From: Thermofilum adornatum
GTDB taxonomy: Archaea > Thermoproteota > Thermoprotei > Thermofilales > Thermofilaceae
Reading direction: 5' to 3'
Length of the DNA stretch: 32,000 nt
Assembly: GCF_000446015.1 (NCBI RefSeq)
Contig: NC_022093.1
Span: 720,001-752,000 of the forward strand
The position numbers were made by a program, and so were the translations under genes. The notes under the pieces are model-generated. The model ran no database searches and was not told where the DNA came from. It saw only the letters and a list, made by a program, of their open reading frames with translations. Shown here in pieces: positions 1 to 7,165 of the stretch. The first letter of the stretch is position 1; each line of letters begins with the position of its first letter.

Positions 1-870
1 GAATACATACTCAAAGGGCACGCTGCCTGTCCAGGCTGTGGAGCCACGTTGCTACTTAGACATGTCTTGAAGGCTCTAGGGCCAAACACTTACCTCGTTA
101 TACCTGCCTGCTGTACGAGCGTGATTGCTGGCCCCCATCCAAGGTCGGCGTTTAAGGTTCCGGTTCTCCACATAGCCTTCGCGGCCAGCGCGGCTGCTGC
201 CTCAGGCATGATTGAGGCACTCGACAAGCTTGGGAAGCCAGCGAACGTCGTGGTTTGGGCGGGAGATGGAGGCACTGTTGATATAGGCATCCAGGCTCTG
301 AGTGGAGCGGCTGAGAGGGGCCACAACATAATATACATATGTTATGATAACGAGGCATACATGAACACGGGTATACAGAAGTCCGGCTCTACGCCGTACA
401 AGGCCTGGACCACTACGACCCCAACGGGTAATGTAAGCTTTAAGAAGGATGTCCCGTCGATAATGGTTTCCCACAGGGTTCCCATTGTAGCGACGATTAA
501 CCCCGCATACCCAAACGATATCTACGAGAAGCTCAGAAAGGCGCAGGGCATAAAGGATGGTCTAAAATATATACATGCCTTCTCGCCATGCCCGCCGGGC
601 TGGAGATACGACTCGAGCCTGACGGTAAAGATCGCACGTCTAGCCGTTGAGACGGGCATATGGGTTCTCTACGAGGTTGACCATGGAAAGTTCAGGCTTA
701 CGGGACCCAGCAAGAACCTATTAGACAAAGACAAGAGGAAACCTGTTAAAGAATATCTAAAGCTTCAGGGAAGGTTTGCACACCTGAGAGAGGAGGACAT
801 AGAGGAGATCCAGAGGCTCGTAGATGCACAGTGGGAGTCTATCGCCAAGCTGTTAAAAGAGCAAGAGTAG
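1..870 (+). CDS. 2-oxoacid (pyruvate-type):ferredoxin oxidoreductase, beta/TPP-binding subunit; 5' end lies outside the window
   Basis: Frame 1 is open from nt 1 (EYILKGHAACPGCGATLLLRHV...), so the listed ATG at 49 is internal. Motifs: GHxACPGCG, the GDGGTVDIG thiamine-PP loop, CYDNEAYMNTG, and FSPCPPGW near the C-terminus. Stop at 868-870. Confidence 0.85.
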   Translation, partial: EYILKGHAACPGCGATLLLRHVLKALGPNTYLVIPACCTSVIAGPHPRSAFKVPVLHIAFAASAAAASGMIEALDKLGKPANVVVWAGDGGTVDIGIQALSGAAERGHNIIYICYDNEAYMNTGIQKSGSTPYKAWTTTTPTGNVSFKKDVPSIMVSHRVPIVATINPAYPNDIYEKLRKAQGIKDGLKYIHAFSPCPPGWRYDSSLTVKIARLAVETGIWVLYEVDHGKFRLTGPSKNLLDKDKRKPVKEYLKLQGRFAHLREEDIEEIQRLVDAQWESIAKLLKEQE

Positions 871-2478
871 AACCGATATAGCTAGGGCCAGGAAGACAAG
901 TAGCAAGCCGTCCCTTGTGTTTTTCCTTGTAGCAACTGATATCTTGTCTAGTTTTTCGCCGTCCATGAACTTGTCCCTTACTGACAGGACAGTGTAGCCG
1001 ACCTCTGCCTCCTGGAGGCTGGCCAACGCGTCCTGGGCGCATTTCACTGCTTTTTCTAGGACTTGCTCTGGGTTAACGGATCCCACGGGGTAATAGTCTC
1101 TGCCCTGGTAGAGCCCAGTATAGATGTGTGTGTCGGTCGTTGTAACTATGACTGTGTCTGCCATGTTGCCCAGCCTCGACACAAGCCTTGCCTTGAAGTC
1201 GGGCTCCATATTGTTACCGTCGAAGGACGCCACTAGGAACCTTTTCCCTCCTATGCTTATTGCGGCGCAAGCTATGCCTGCGGGTCCAATGGTTATATTG
1301 TCTGTATAGTCTATGCTCGAGAAGCCTGCCTGTATCTTTCCCTCAGTTATCTTGTTCTCGGTAGCGGTCCTCACGGCGGCTATTATTTTTGCTATCTCGT
1401 CTTCTTGTTCGTTTTCAATCTTTAGGAAGCCGTCTGCGATCATGTTGTGATTGTCGACTGTGACTGTGCCTAGCTCTTCTAGCGAAAGCTCTGAGACCCT
1501 GTATGGGAGGTCCTCCATTATAACTATGGGGTCTAAAAATGCTAGTCTTGGTATGTCTCCGAATCCTAAGACCGTTATCCTAAGGAGGCTCGTTGTATAT
1601 TCCCCAGCCCACCCGGAGCTAGCACGTGGCTGTACCTGTGCTCCGCATATTGCGCTGGCCACCCGACTTGTAGCTTCAACCGTAGCTAGGTTCTCGGAGT
1701 GCGCAACTGGTGCCTTGAGGAATAATACAGGAACTTTTGAGCACTGTTTTACAAGCTGGGGTAGGGTGCTACTTCCAAGTGTCCTCAATGGTCCAGGATG
1801 CACGTTTGAAACGACGAGTCTGCCAATTTCCTGGCCACGGCTGTGGAAGGAGTAGATGTGTATGGGTAGTGTCCTCTCTGTTGATATTTTTTCGAGGTAC
1901 TTTTCTACGTCTATGTGGTCGCCTGAAAGGATGTATCTGAGAAAGGCTTCGAGGAAGCCGAGGCTACTCACACCAGCGATTCTCCTTATCCTGCTGTCGA
2001 TAATAGTGAAGATTATGAGTGAGAAGACATAGAAAATAAGCGTGGCATAGAGTAGCTTGGTGTCGAAGCCTAAGAAGCATATGAGTACCAAGTTGAGGGC
2101 TGAGTATAGGGCCCCAAGATGGACGCTGTAAACTGCTACCGCTAGTAGTAGCCCTAGGAGAACCTCGAAGACCGCTCCATATACCGGGCTCTTTCCGAGA
2201 AGGATTACTATCGGCAGGAAAACGAGATATATGAGGAACACGCCGAGGCTCCTCCTAAAATTAAAGACCCTCCTGTTCACGAGATAGAGGAACGCTGGAG
2301 GGAACAATGCGTAGACAAGGGATTTTGTAAGCTCGAGCGTGGATATGTGCATGATCCATGATAAAGCGAGGGAAAAAGTCGCCATAATAACTGCAAAGAC
2401 TACTAGGTGGAGTGTTTTTGGAAGCCTGATGAGCCACCTGTAGCTACTCCTGAAGCCCTCATAATTGTCAGTGGACAT
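853..2478 (-). CDS. polytopic membrane protein of unknown function (DUF2070-like architecture)
   Basis: 541 aa with an ATG start at 2478. The N-terminal third is a run of hydrophobic helices (LHLVVFAVIMATFSLALSWIM, VFLIYLVFLPIVILLG, LLGLLLAVAVYSV, LIFYVFSLIIFTII). A large soluble region follows, then a C-terminal anchor (LLLVFLALAISVLLLLF). The family name is from memory of archaeal DUF2070 proteins and is unverified. The 3' end overlaps the convergent oxidoreductase gene by 18 nt. Confidence 0.6.
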   Translation of the reverse strand: MSTDNYEGFRSSYRWLIRLPKTLHLVVFAVIMATFSLALSWIMHISTLELTKSLVYALFPPAFLYLVNRRVFNFRRSLGVFLIYLVFLPIVILLGKSPVYGAVFEVLLGLLLAVAVYSVHLGALYSALNLVLICFLGFDTKLLYATLIFYVFSLIIFTIIDSRIRRIAGVSSLGFLEAFLRYILSGDHIDVEKYLEKISTERTLPIHIYSFHSRGQEIGRLVVSNVHPGPLRTLGSSTLPQLVKQCSKVPVLFLKAPVAHSENLATVEATSRVASAICGAQVQPRASSGWAGEYTTSLLRITVLGFGDIPRLAFLDPIVIMEDLPYRVSELSLEELGTVTVDNHNMIADGFLKIENEQEDEIAKIIAAVRTATENKITEGKIQAGFSSIDYTDNITIGPAGIACAAISIGGKRFLVASFDGNNMEPDFKARLVSRLGNMADTVIVTTTDTHIYTGLYQGRDYYPVGSVNPEQVLEKAVKCAQDALASLQEAEVGYTVLSVRDKFMDGEKLDKISVATRKNTRDGLLLVFLALAISVLLLLF

Positions 2479-2501
2479 AATTCCCGAACAAAGATAGAGG
2501 T

Positions 2502-2513
2502 TAAAATATTTTA
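2502..2513. promoter_or_regulatory. palindromic TATA-like box shared by two divergent genes
   Basis: TAAAATATTTTA is a perfect 12-nt palindrome. Its centre is about 29.5 nt from the ATG at 2478 (minus strand) and about 28.5 nt from the GTG at 2536 (plus strand). This matches the TATA-to-start spacing seen at other genes in the window. Confidence 0.45.
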
Positions 2514-2535
2514 GTCAACGTATCGCTACAGCCAC

Positions 2536-3312
2536 GTGGAAAATGCGAGCAACCAGAAGCGTGTCCCGCCGTGTGAACGGATATCTAGAGAAGTTTCTGT
2601 TGCATTTGTACAGCCTCTCTACGAGCAGAACATCGGCTATATGGCGAGGGCGATGAAGAACTTCTGCCTAGAGAAGCTCTACCTCGTAAGCCCCAGGTGC
2701 ACGCTTGGGCTCGAGAGCAGAAAATACGCTATGCACGCTGCAGACATAGTTGAGAATGCGGTAATAGTTGAAAAATTCGAGGAGCTAGTCGGGAAACACG
2801 ACATAGTGGCTTGCTCGACAGGAGTCAAGGGCGAAGAACCCCTACGCAGACACGTTTCACCGGCAGAGATGGCGGCCATACTAGCAGAGTCAACAGGGTC
2901 GAAGCTTGTAGTTATCGGCAGGGAGGACTGGGGGCTCAGTAGGCAAGAGCTATCACTATGCGACCTGATAGTCCACATAGAGGCGAACCCGGCTTATCCG
3001 TCCCTAAACGCATCGCATGCAGCAATCATTCTGTTCTACGAGATATACAACAAGTACCACTTGTACGAGCCGAGGATAGAGAGGCCCCCGAGAACCGAGG
3101 TGGAAGCCTTCTTCAGGTACCTAGACAGGCTTGCAGAGACCTTGGGGTACCAGGAAACAGAGAGAGAAAGACTCGCCTTAACAATCAAGCGATTAATAAA
3201 CGAGACGAGATTTACAAAAAGGGATCTACGTGCGCTCTTCGGCATAGTCAGGGACAGCCTCAACGCCATCGAAAAAAGTGAGAAACAGGAGAAAAACACG
3301 CCAAGCAAATAA
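2536..3312 (+). CDS. trmJ: SPOUT (SpoU/TrmH-class) tRNA 2'-O-methyltransferase, TrmJ-like
   Basis: 258 aa with a GTG start. The N-terminal motif VAFVQPLYEQNIGYMARAMKNFCLEKLYLVSPR matches the TrmJ/SpoU signature (hhLVep..p.NIG..aRamknfG...L.LV.P). The SPOUT knot region includes VVIGREDWGLS and LIVHIEANPAYPSLNASHAAIILFYE. Confidence 0.7.
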   Translation: MENASNQKRVPPCERISREVSVAFVQPLYEQNIGYMARAMKNFCLEKLYLVSPRCTLGLESRKYAMHAADIVENAVIVEKFEELVGKHDIVACSTGVKGEEPLRRHVSPAEMAAILAESTGSKLVVIGREDWGLSRQELSLCDLIVHIEANPAYPSLNASHAAIILFYEIYNKYHLYEPRIERPPRTEVEAFFRYLDRLAETLGYQETERERLALTIKRLINETRFTKRDLRALFGIVRDSLNAIEKSEKQEKNTPSK

Positions 3313-3347
3313 AACTAGAAAGGGTCCTTGAAAATCAAAGAAAATCC

Positions 3348-3441
3348 TGGTGCCCCGGCCGGGATTTGAACCCGGGATCCTTGGCTCGAAAGGCCAATAT
3401 CCTGTCGGCCGTGCAGGCTGACCGGGCTAGACGACCGGGGC
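3348..3441 (-). tRNA. tRNA-Glu(UUC) with a ~15-16 nt insert in the D-loop; CCA encoded
   Basis: The reverse complement reads GCCCCGG-TC-GTCT-AGCCCGGTCA-[GCCTGCACGGCCGAC(A)]-GGAT-A-TTGGC-CTTTCGA-GCCAA-GGATC-CCGGG-TTCAAAT-CCCGG-CCGGGGC-A-CCA. The anticodon loop CT-TTC-GA gives the anticodon UUC. The gene is 94 nt against about 79 expected, and the excess lies between the D-stem halves. Confidence 0.85.
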
Positions 3442-3518
3442 TTCAAGTAGGAGAGGCAAAAAATAAAATGAACCTAAGATTTAAAAACTTTTCATTTGGC
3501 CTATGACAAGAACTTGTC

Positions 3519-3538
3519 TCTACAGGTCTTCTAGGGGT
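3519..3538 (+). promoter_or_regulatory. ORB-like (origin recognition box) element upstream of orc1/cdc6
   Basis: (C)TCTACAGGTCTTCTAGGGGT. As I remember it, the Aeropyrum ORB is CTCCACAGGAAACGGAGGGGT. Under that alignment the CTCnACAGG half and the AGGGGT G-string coincide at the same spacing (14 of 21 positions). An AT-rich stretch (3455-3500) lies just upstream. Confidence 0.4.
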
Positions 3539-3628
3539 GACGGGAACAACGTATAACTACTGTATTTTAAATGTACAATGAACGTGCCCAAGTTTTTGTG
3601 TAAGTTTTTCTATAATGTATGGTCTGCT

Positions 3629-3648
3629 TCTACTGGATCTATTGGAGT
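3629..3648 (+). promoter_or_regulatory. second, weaker ORB-like box overlapping the orc1/cdc6 promoter and 5' end
   Basis: TCTACTGGATCTATTGGAGT shares 13 of 20 positions with the box at 3519-3538 (pattern TCTACnGG...T.T.GG.GT). It has the same orientation, lies 110 bp downstream, and ends 6 nt before the ATG at 3654. Confidence 0.25.
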
Positions 3649-3653
3649 ATACG

Positions 3654-4847
3654 ATGTCTGTGGAGGAAATATTTGAACAGTACCTGGGGTCAAAGATTTA
3701 TCGGGACCGCGAGAAACTGTTGCCTGACTACGTGCCCGGGGAGCTCCCGCACAGGGACGAACAGATAAGGCAACTAGCAGTTACTCTTGCGCCTGCTCTT
3801 AGCGGTAGCAGGCCTTCTAACGTCTTTATATATGGCTTGACTGGAACCGGCAAAACCGCTGTGACAAAGTACGTCCTCAGGAAGCTGATGGAGAAGGGTA
3901 ACGGCAGGATAGAATATGTATATGTAAACTGCAGGCAAAACAACACCAGTTACCGGGTGCTCGCCGAGCTCGGAAAGTTTCTCGGTATAAAGATTCCCTT
4001 TACTGGTCTGGCTCTGGGAGAAGTAATGAAGAGGATTATTCATGGACTAGAAAGGAAGTCTAGGATACTCATAGTGGTGCTGGACGAGGTAGACAACCTG
4101 GTAAAGAGGAACGGCGACGATGTCCTATACTTCTTGACCCGTATAAATGAGCAGCTCTCAAACGCTAAGGTAAGCGTTATAGGTATAACAAACGACCTCA
4201 AGTTCACCGAGTTCTTGGATGCTAGAGTCAAGAGTAGCCTGGGCGAGGAGGAGCTAGTTTTTCCGCCCTACAACGCGGTACAGCTTGAAGATATCTTGAG
4301 GCAGAGGGCAAAAGAGGCATTTAACGAGGGGGCTATAAGCGACATCGTGATAAAGAAGGTCGCGGCAATAGCTGCACGGCAGAACGGGGACTGCAGGCTC
4401 GCCCTGGACATACTTTTAAAGGCTGCCGACATAGCAGAGAGAGAGCGGGCGAGCCAGGTCACAGAGGCACATGTAGAGAAAGCACGCAACGAAATTGAGA
4501 AAAATCTCACGGTGGACACGATCAAGACTATGCCGTTGCATGTCAAAATGGTCTTGGCGGCTGTGTATCTTCTCTCAAGGGACGGGTCTACAAAAACGAT
4601 AACAACTGGACTTGTCTATGACAAGTACAAGGAGCTAGCCGCAAAGATAGGTATAGAACCTGTCACAAGCAGGAGAATAACAGACATACTGAATGAGCTT
4701 GACATGTCCGGGATAATCAATGCACGTGTAATCAGCCTTGGACGCTACGGGAGGACTAAAGTCATAGAGATAGGTGTACCTCTAAAAAACGTGGAGGAAG
4801 GGCTGTCCTCAGACATACTCCTAAAGGCGGCCATAGAAGAAGCCTAG
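3654..4847 (+). CDS. orc1/cdc6: Orc1/Cdc6 replication initiator (AAA+ plus winged helix)
   Basis: Walker A GLTGTGKTAV and Walker B ILIVVLDEVD. The N-terminus IYRDREKLLPDYVPGELPHRDEQI matches the conserved Orc1 pattern L.PDY.P..LPHRE.QI. A winged-helix region sits at the C-terminus. I moved the start from 3615 to the ATG at 3654 (MSVEEIF...) for two reasons: the ATG at 3615 lies inside the TATA-like TTTTTCTATAATG (3605-3617), and homologues begin about 18 aa before the DRE..L motif. Confidence 0.9.
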   Translation: MSVEEIFEQYLGSKIYRDREKLLPDYVPGELPHRDEQIRQLAVTLAPALSGSRPSNVFIYGLTGTGKTAVTKYVLRKLMEKGNGRIEYVYVNCRQNNTSYRVLAELGKFLGIKIPFTGLALGEVMKRIIHGLERKSRILIVVLDEVDNLVKRNGDDVLYFLTRINEQLSNAKVSVIGITNDLKFTEFLDARVKSSLGEEELVFPPYNAVQLEDILRQRAKEAFNEGAISDIVIKKVAAIAARQNGDCRLALDILLKAADIAERERASQVTEAHVEKARNEIEKNLTVDTIKTMPLHVKMVLAAVYLLSRDGSTKTITTGLVYDKYKELAAKIGIEPVTSRRITDILNELDMSGIINARVISLGRYGRTKVIEIGVPLKNVEEGLSSDILLKAAIEEA

Positions 4848-4930
4848 TCCCTAGAATTAGAGATAAAGAAGAGACATAGCTACTTACAGCTCTCTTGTCT
4901 TTTGATCTCTCTAAGATATTTTATTCTTGG

Positions 4931-5698
4931 TTATGTCAGGTCTCCGCAGGTACAGAATATTTCGTGGATCATGTCGTAGAGTTTTTCGAGGCCCTCCCAT
5001 GTGAGAGAGGAAACAATGGGTATCCTCGTGGCGAACCTGTACTCCTCAAGTATCTGTATCATTTTTTCGGAGATTTCTCCAAGGAGGCCCTCGACCCTCT
5101 TTACTTCGTCTGCGAGCTGCTCGGGACTTGTGAGGAGCTTCTGCATTATCTCTAGTTTTTCCCGGCCGAGATCCCCCTTGTTCACCACGGGTATAGTATC
5201 TATCCCCAGTCGTAGCTGGGCAATAGTGGCCAGTAGCTTTAAGGATAAAATGTCCTGGGGCCTGGAGGCAAGAGTCGGGTCAAATATAACAATACCCATC
5301 ACGTAGTCGTATTTCTTCATCTTCTCGACAAACTCAACTCCAAAGTCCCGAAATAGGAAGAGCTCCATCTGTCCCGGCGTATCGACCAGAATATATGGGT
5401 TCTTGAGAGATGCAATCTTCGCCACAATATCGTCGAGGTTGCCCATGGCTATCTCTATGCTCCTGATTAGTGCGCCATTTGGGCCCAGCCTCTCACGTGT
5501 CATGACCTCCTCAGCCCTGACATAACTCCTAATATCCACGTCTGCAACGTAGGGCGTAAAAACCGCGCCGGGGTCCAGGTTGACATAGCCCGGCTTCATG
5601 AACTGGTTCTTCTCAATCCACTTACCAAGGCTGGCCACAAGCGAAGTCTTCCCGCAACCAGCGGGACCAAGAACCACCACAATGTTCTTTTTTACCAT
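4931..5698 (-). CDS. GPN-loop GTPase (PAB0955/Npa3 family)
   Basis: P-loop GPAGCGKTS, GPN signature RERLGPNGALI, DTPGQMELF, and the NKGD G4 motif. I moved the start to the ATG at 5698 (MVKKNIVVVLGPAG...). The minus-strand TTTTTATT (5721-5728) lies about 27 nt upstream of it and falls inside the longer ORF that runs to 5737. Confidence 0.85.
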   Translation of the reverse strand: MVKKNIVVVLGPAGCGKTSLVASLGKWIEKNQFMKPGYVNLDPGAVFTPYVADVDIRSYVRAEEVMTRERLGPNGALIRSIEIAMGNLDDIVAKIASLKNPYILVDTPGQMELFLFRDFGVEFVEKMKKYDYVMGIVIFDPTLASRPQDILSLKLLATIAQLRLGIDTIPVVNKGDLGREKLEIMQKLLTSPEQLADEVKRVEGLLGEISEKMIQILEEYRFATRIPIVSSLTWEGLEKLYDMIHEIFCTCGDLT

Positions 5699-5747
5699 GA
5701 GATATATAACGAGAACCATGAATAAAAACATGTCCAAAACGCGAAAA

Positions 5748-5756
5748 CTTTTAATT
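5748..5756 (+). promoter_or_regulatory. TATA-like box for tRNA-Ser(GGA)
   Basis: CTTTTAATT is centred about 28 nt upstream of the first tRNA nucleotide (5780). Confidence 0.4.
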
Positions 5757-5779
5757 CAGCCTCTCCTCTTTATTTCTTA

Positions 5780-5883
5780 GCCGGGGTGGCCGAGCGGTCC
5801 AAGGCGGTGGACACCCGAGAGGCCACAATGGAGATCCACTACCCCAAAAGGGTGCCCGGGTTCAAATCCCGGCCCCGGCGCCA
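5780..5883 (+). tRNA. tRNA-Ser (anticodon most likely GGA) with a ~16-nt intron in the anticodon loop at a non-canonical position; CCA encoded
   Basis: GCCGGGG-TG-GCC-GAGCGGTCCAA-GGC-G-GTGGA-C[ACCCGAGAGGCCACAA]TGGAGA-TCCAC-T-ACCC-CAAAA-GGGT-GC-CCGGG-TTCAAAT-CCCGG-CCCCGGC-G-CCA. The long variable arm and G73 indicate Ser. Removing the 16 bracketed nt gives a canonical loop, CT-GGA-GA. Reading a canonical 37/38 intron would give anticodon CCC, which is incompatible with the Ser-type arm. Confidence 0.8.
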
Positions 5884-5995
5884 TTCTACCTCTAGCGCGC
5901 TGGTTTTCGCTCTGTTATCATCCAGATTGCTTTGGTCTATCGTCTTATTTTTTGAGGGCTCGGCATGCTTTTAAATCTCCTGGGAATATATCAAG

Positions 5996-6301
5996 GTGAT
6001 AGGTTTGGAAGAGGCAAAGACAACTTGGAGTGGAGGTAAGTGGTCAAGGATCAGGGTTATGCTAGAGTTTCCCCTAGACTCCGAGGCTTTTCTTAGCCTC
6101 CGTGTAGACGACTTCAAGGGTAAGGGGGTGGAGATAACGTCCAGCCACGTGGACGGCAGGCTTATTTATGTCGTTGAATCTACGCCGGATAAATTTTCCC
6201 TCGCGAGGTCAATATCCAACGAGTTGCTCCGTCTGGCAAAAATGCTTGAAGCCGTCGGGAAACGTCTTAAACAAGCTGATGGCGGGCCCGCCGGGACTTG
6301 A
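5996..6301 (+). CDS. pcc1: KEOPS subunit Pcc1-like small protein
   Basis: The 101-aa ORF has a GTG at 5996 and an alternative TTG at 6005. The TATA-like CTTTTAAATC lies at 5968-5977. IRVMLEFPLDSEAF... and DGRLIYVVESTPDKFSLARSISNELLRLAKMLEAV resemble, from memory, Pyrococcus Pcc1 (...IEMEFPSEDVA... and EGKKIILDIKATDSSALRGTVNSYLRWIKAAIDVIE). The last 22 nt are antisense to tRNA-Arg. Confidence 0.55.
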   Translation: MIGLEEAKTTWSGGKWSRIRVMLEFPLDSEAFLSLRVDDFKGKGVEITSSHVDGRLIYVVESTPDKFSLARSISNELLRLAKMLEAVGKRLKQADGGPAGT

Positions 6302-6356
6302 ACCCGGGACCTACGGCTCCGAAGGCCGCCGCGCTTCCTGACTGCGCTACGGGCCC
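6280..6356 (-). tRNA. tRNA-Arg(UCG), no intron, CCA encoded
   Basis: The reverse complement reads GGGCCCG-TA-GCGC-AGTCAGGAA-GCGC-G-GCGGC-CTTCGGA-GCCGT-AGGTC-CCGGG-TTCAAGT-CCCGG-CGGGCCC-G-CCA. It is 77 nt and the anticodon loop CT-TCG-GA gives UCG. Confidence 0.9.
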
Positions 6357-6402
6357 TCCTAACCAAGTATGCATAAGGGGCTAGGCTCTAAAATATTCTT
6401 TT

Positions 6403-7047
6403 CTAGTACAGGAAACTGGAAATATCTAGGTCGCGTCTTTCCGTATGGCTAGCTCCATGCGAATAGGTTTTACGGGAAGCTCCGCGAAGCTCCTTGATGA
6501 GGCGGGATCCGCTTTCAATAAAAGGGGCGTGTTGATTTTCGGGGCGCCATAGACGGGTAAATTTTCTCAGTCCTATCTTTAACTCCTCGAGGTATAGGAG
6601 CCCATCGTCAACGGGTTTGGCATGCACGTAGCCCTTCATTATTCGGCTTTCCAGGTAGCCAGAAGCCTCGATTGTTCTACGGTACCCAGAGGGGTAGCCG
6701 ACGAGAACAACCAAAAAACCTACTGGAACCTTCCTGTTGAAATATGTTTCCGGAAAAGCATATCCCAACATATGCATGCTCATTTTCATGGGGAATGCTT
6801 CTCGCGCCGCTTGCTCTAAGAACATAAATGGAACTAGGTGTATACTTCTATACTTGTCCCTTGCCCATGCCAGAATCCGGAGGGCTCTAGCTGGAATCTT
6901 GGGGTCATATACATCTGCAAGGGTTGCGGCTTCGCGTAACCCAGCGACGAGAAAGAAAACCTTGTTGCCAAGAGTCAGCCTAAGCACGGGGATAGAAACC
7001 ACCGTAAAAGAGCCTTTGTATTTCTCCTTGGGCATGCCTTTGCTCAT
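6403..7047 (-). CDS. hypothetical protein, 214 aa, no motif recognised
   Basis: It is a long ORF with an ATG start, non-repetitive composition, and no better-supported gene on the opposite strand. I could not recognise any catalytic or nucleotide-binding motif. Confidence 0.55.
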   Translation of the reverse strand: MSKGMPKEKYKGSFTVVSIPVLRLTLGNKVFFLVAGLREAATLADVYDPKIPARALRILAWARDKYRSIHLVPFMFLEQAAREAFPMKMSMHMLGYAFPETYFNRKVPVGFLVVLVGYPSGYRRTIEASGYLESRIMKGYVHAKPVDDGLLYLEELKIGLRKFTRLWRPENQHAPFIESGSRLIKELRGASRKTYSHGASHTERRDLDISSFLY

Positions 7048-7132
7048 TAGAAAAATGCGCTAGAGATTTAACGTGGACAGGAGAAGGATGGGGAATGTTG
7101 TCCCTATACAAAAAATTTATTAGTGATACGAG

Positions 7133-7144
7133 AAATAATAAAAG
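7133..7144 (+). promoter_or_regulatory. TATA-like box for tRNA-Ser(GCU)
   Basis: AAATAATAAAAG is centred about 28 nt upstream of the first tRNA nucleotide (7166). Confidence 0.4.
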
Positions 7145-7165
7145 GACAGCTTGCACCCCCTCGAA

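Noticed and set aside
5786-5974. ORFs that run through tRNA genes (5786-5974, 6166-6366, 7095-7313).
   Set aside because: They are read-through of tRNA sequence. Their translations contain the same PGFKSRPRRH / PGFESRPRRH peptide, which derives from the conserved T-arm and acceptor. They are not independent genes.
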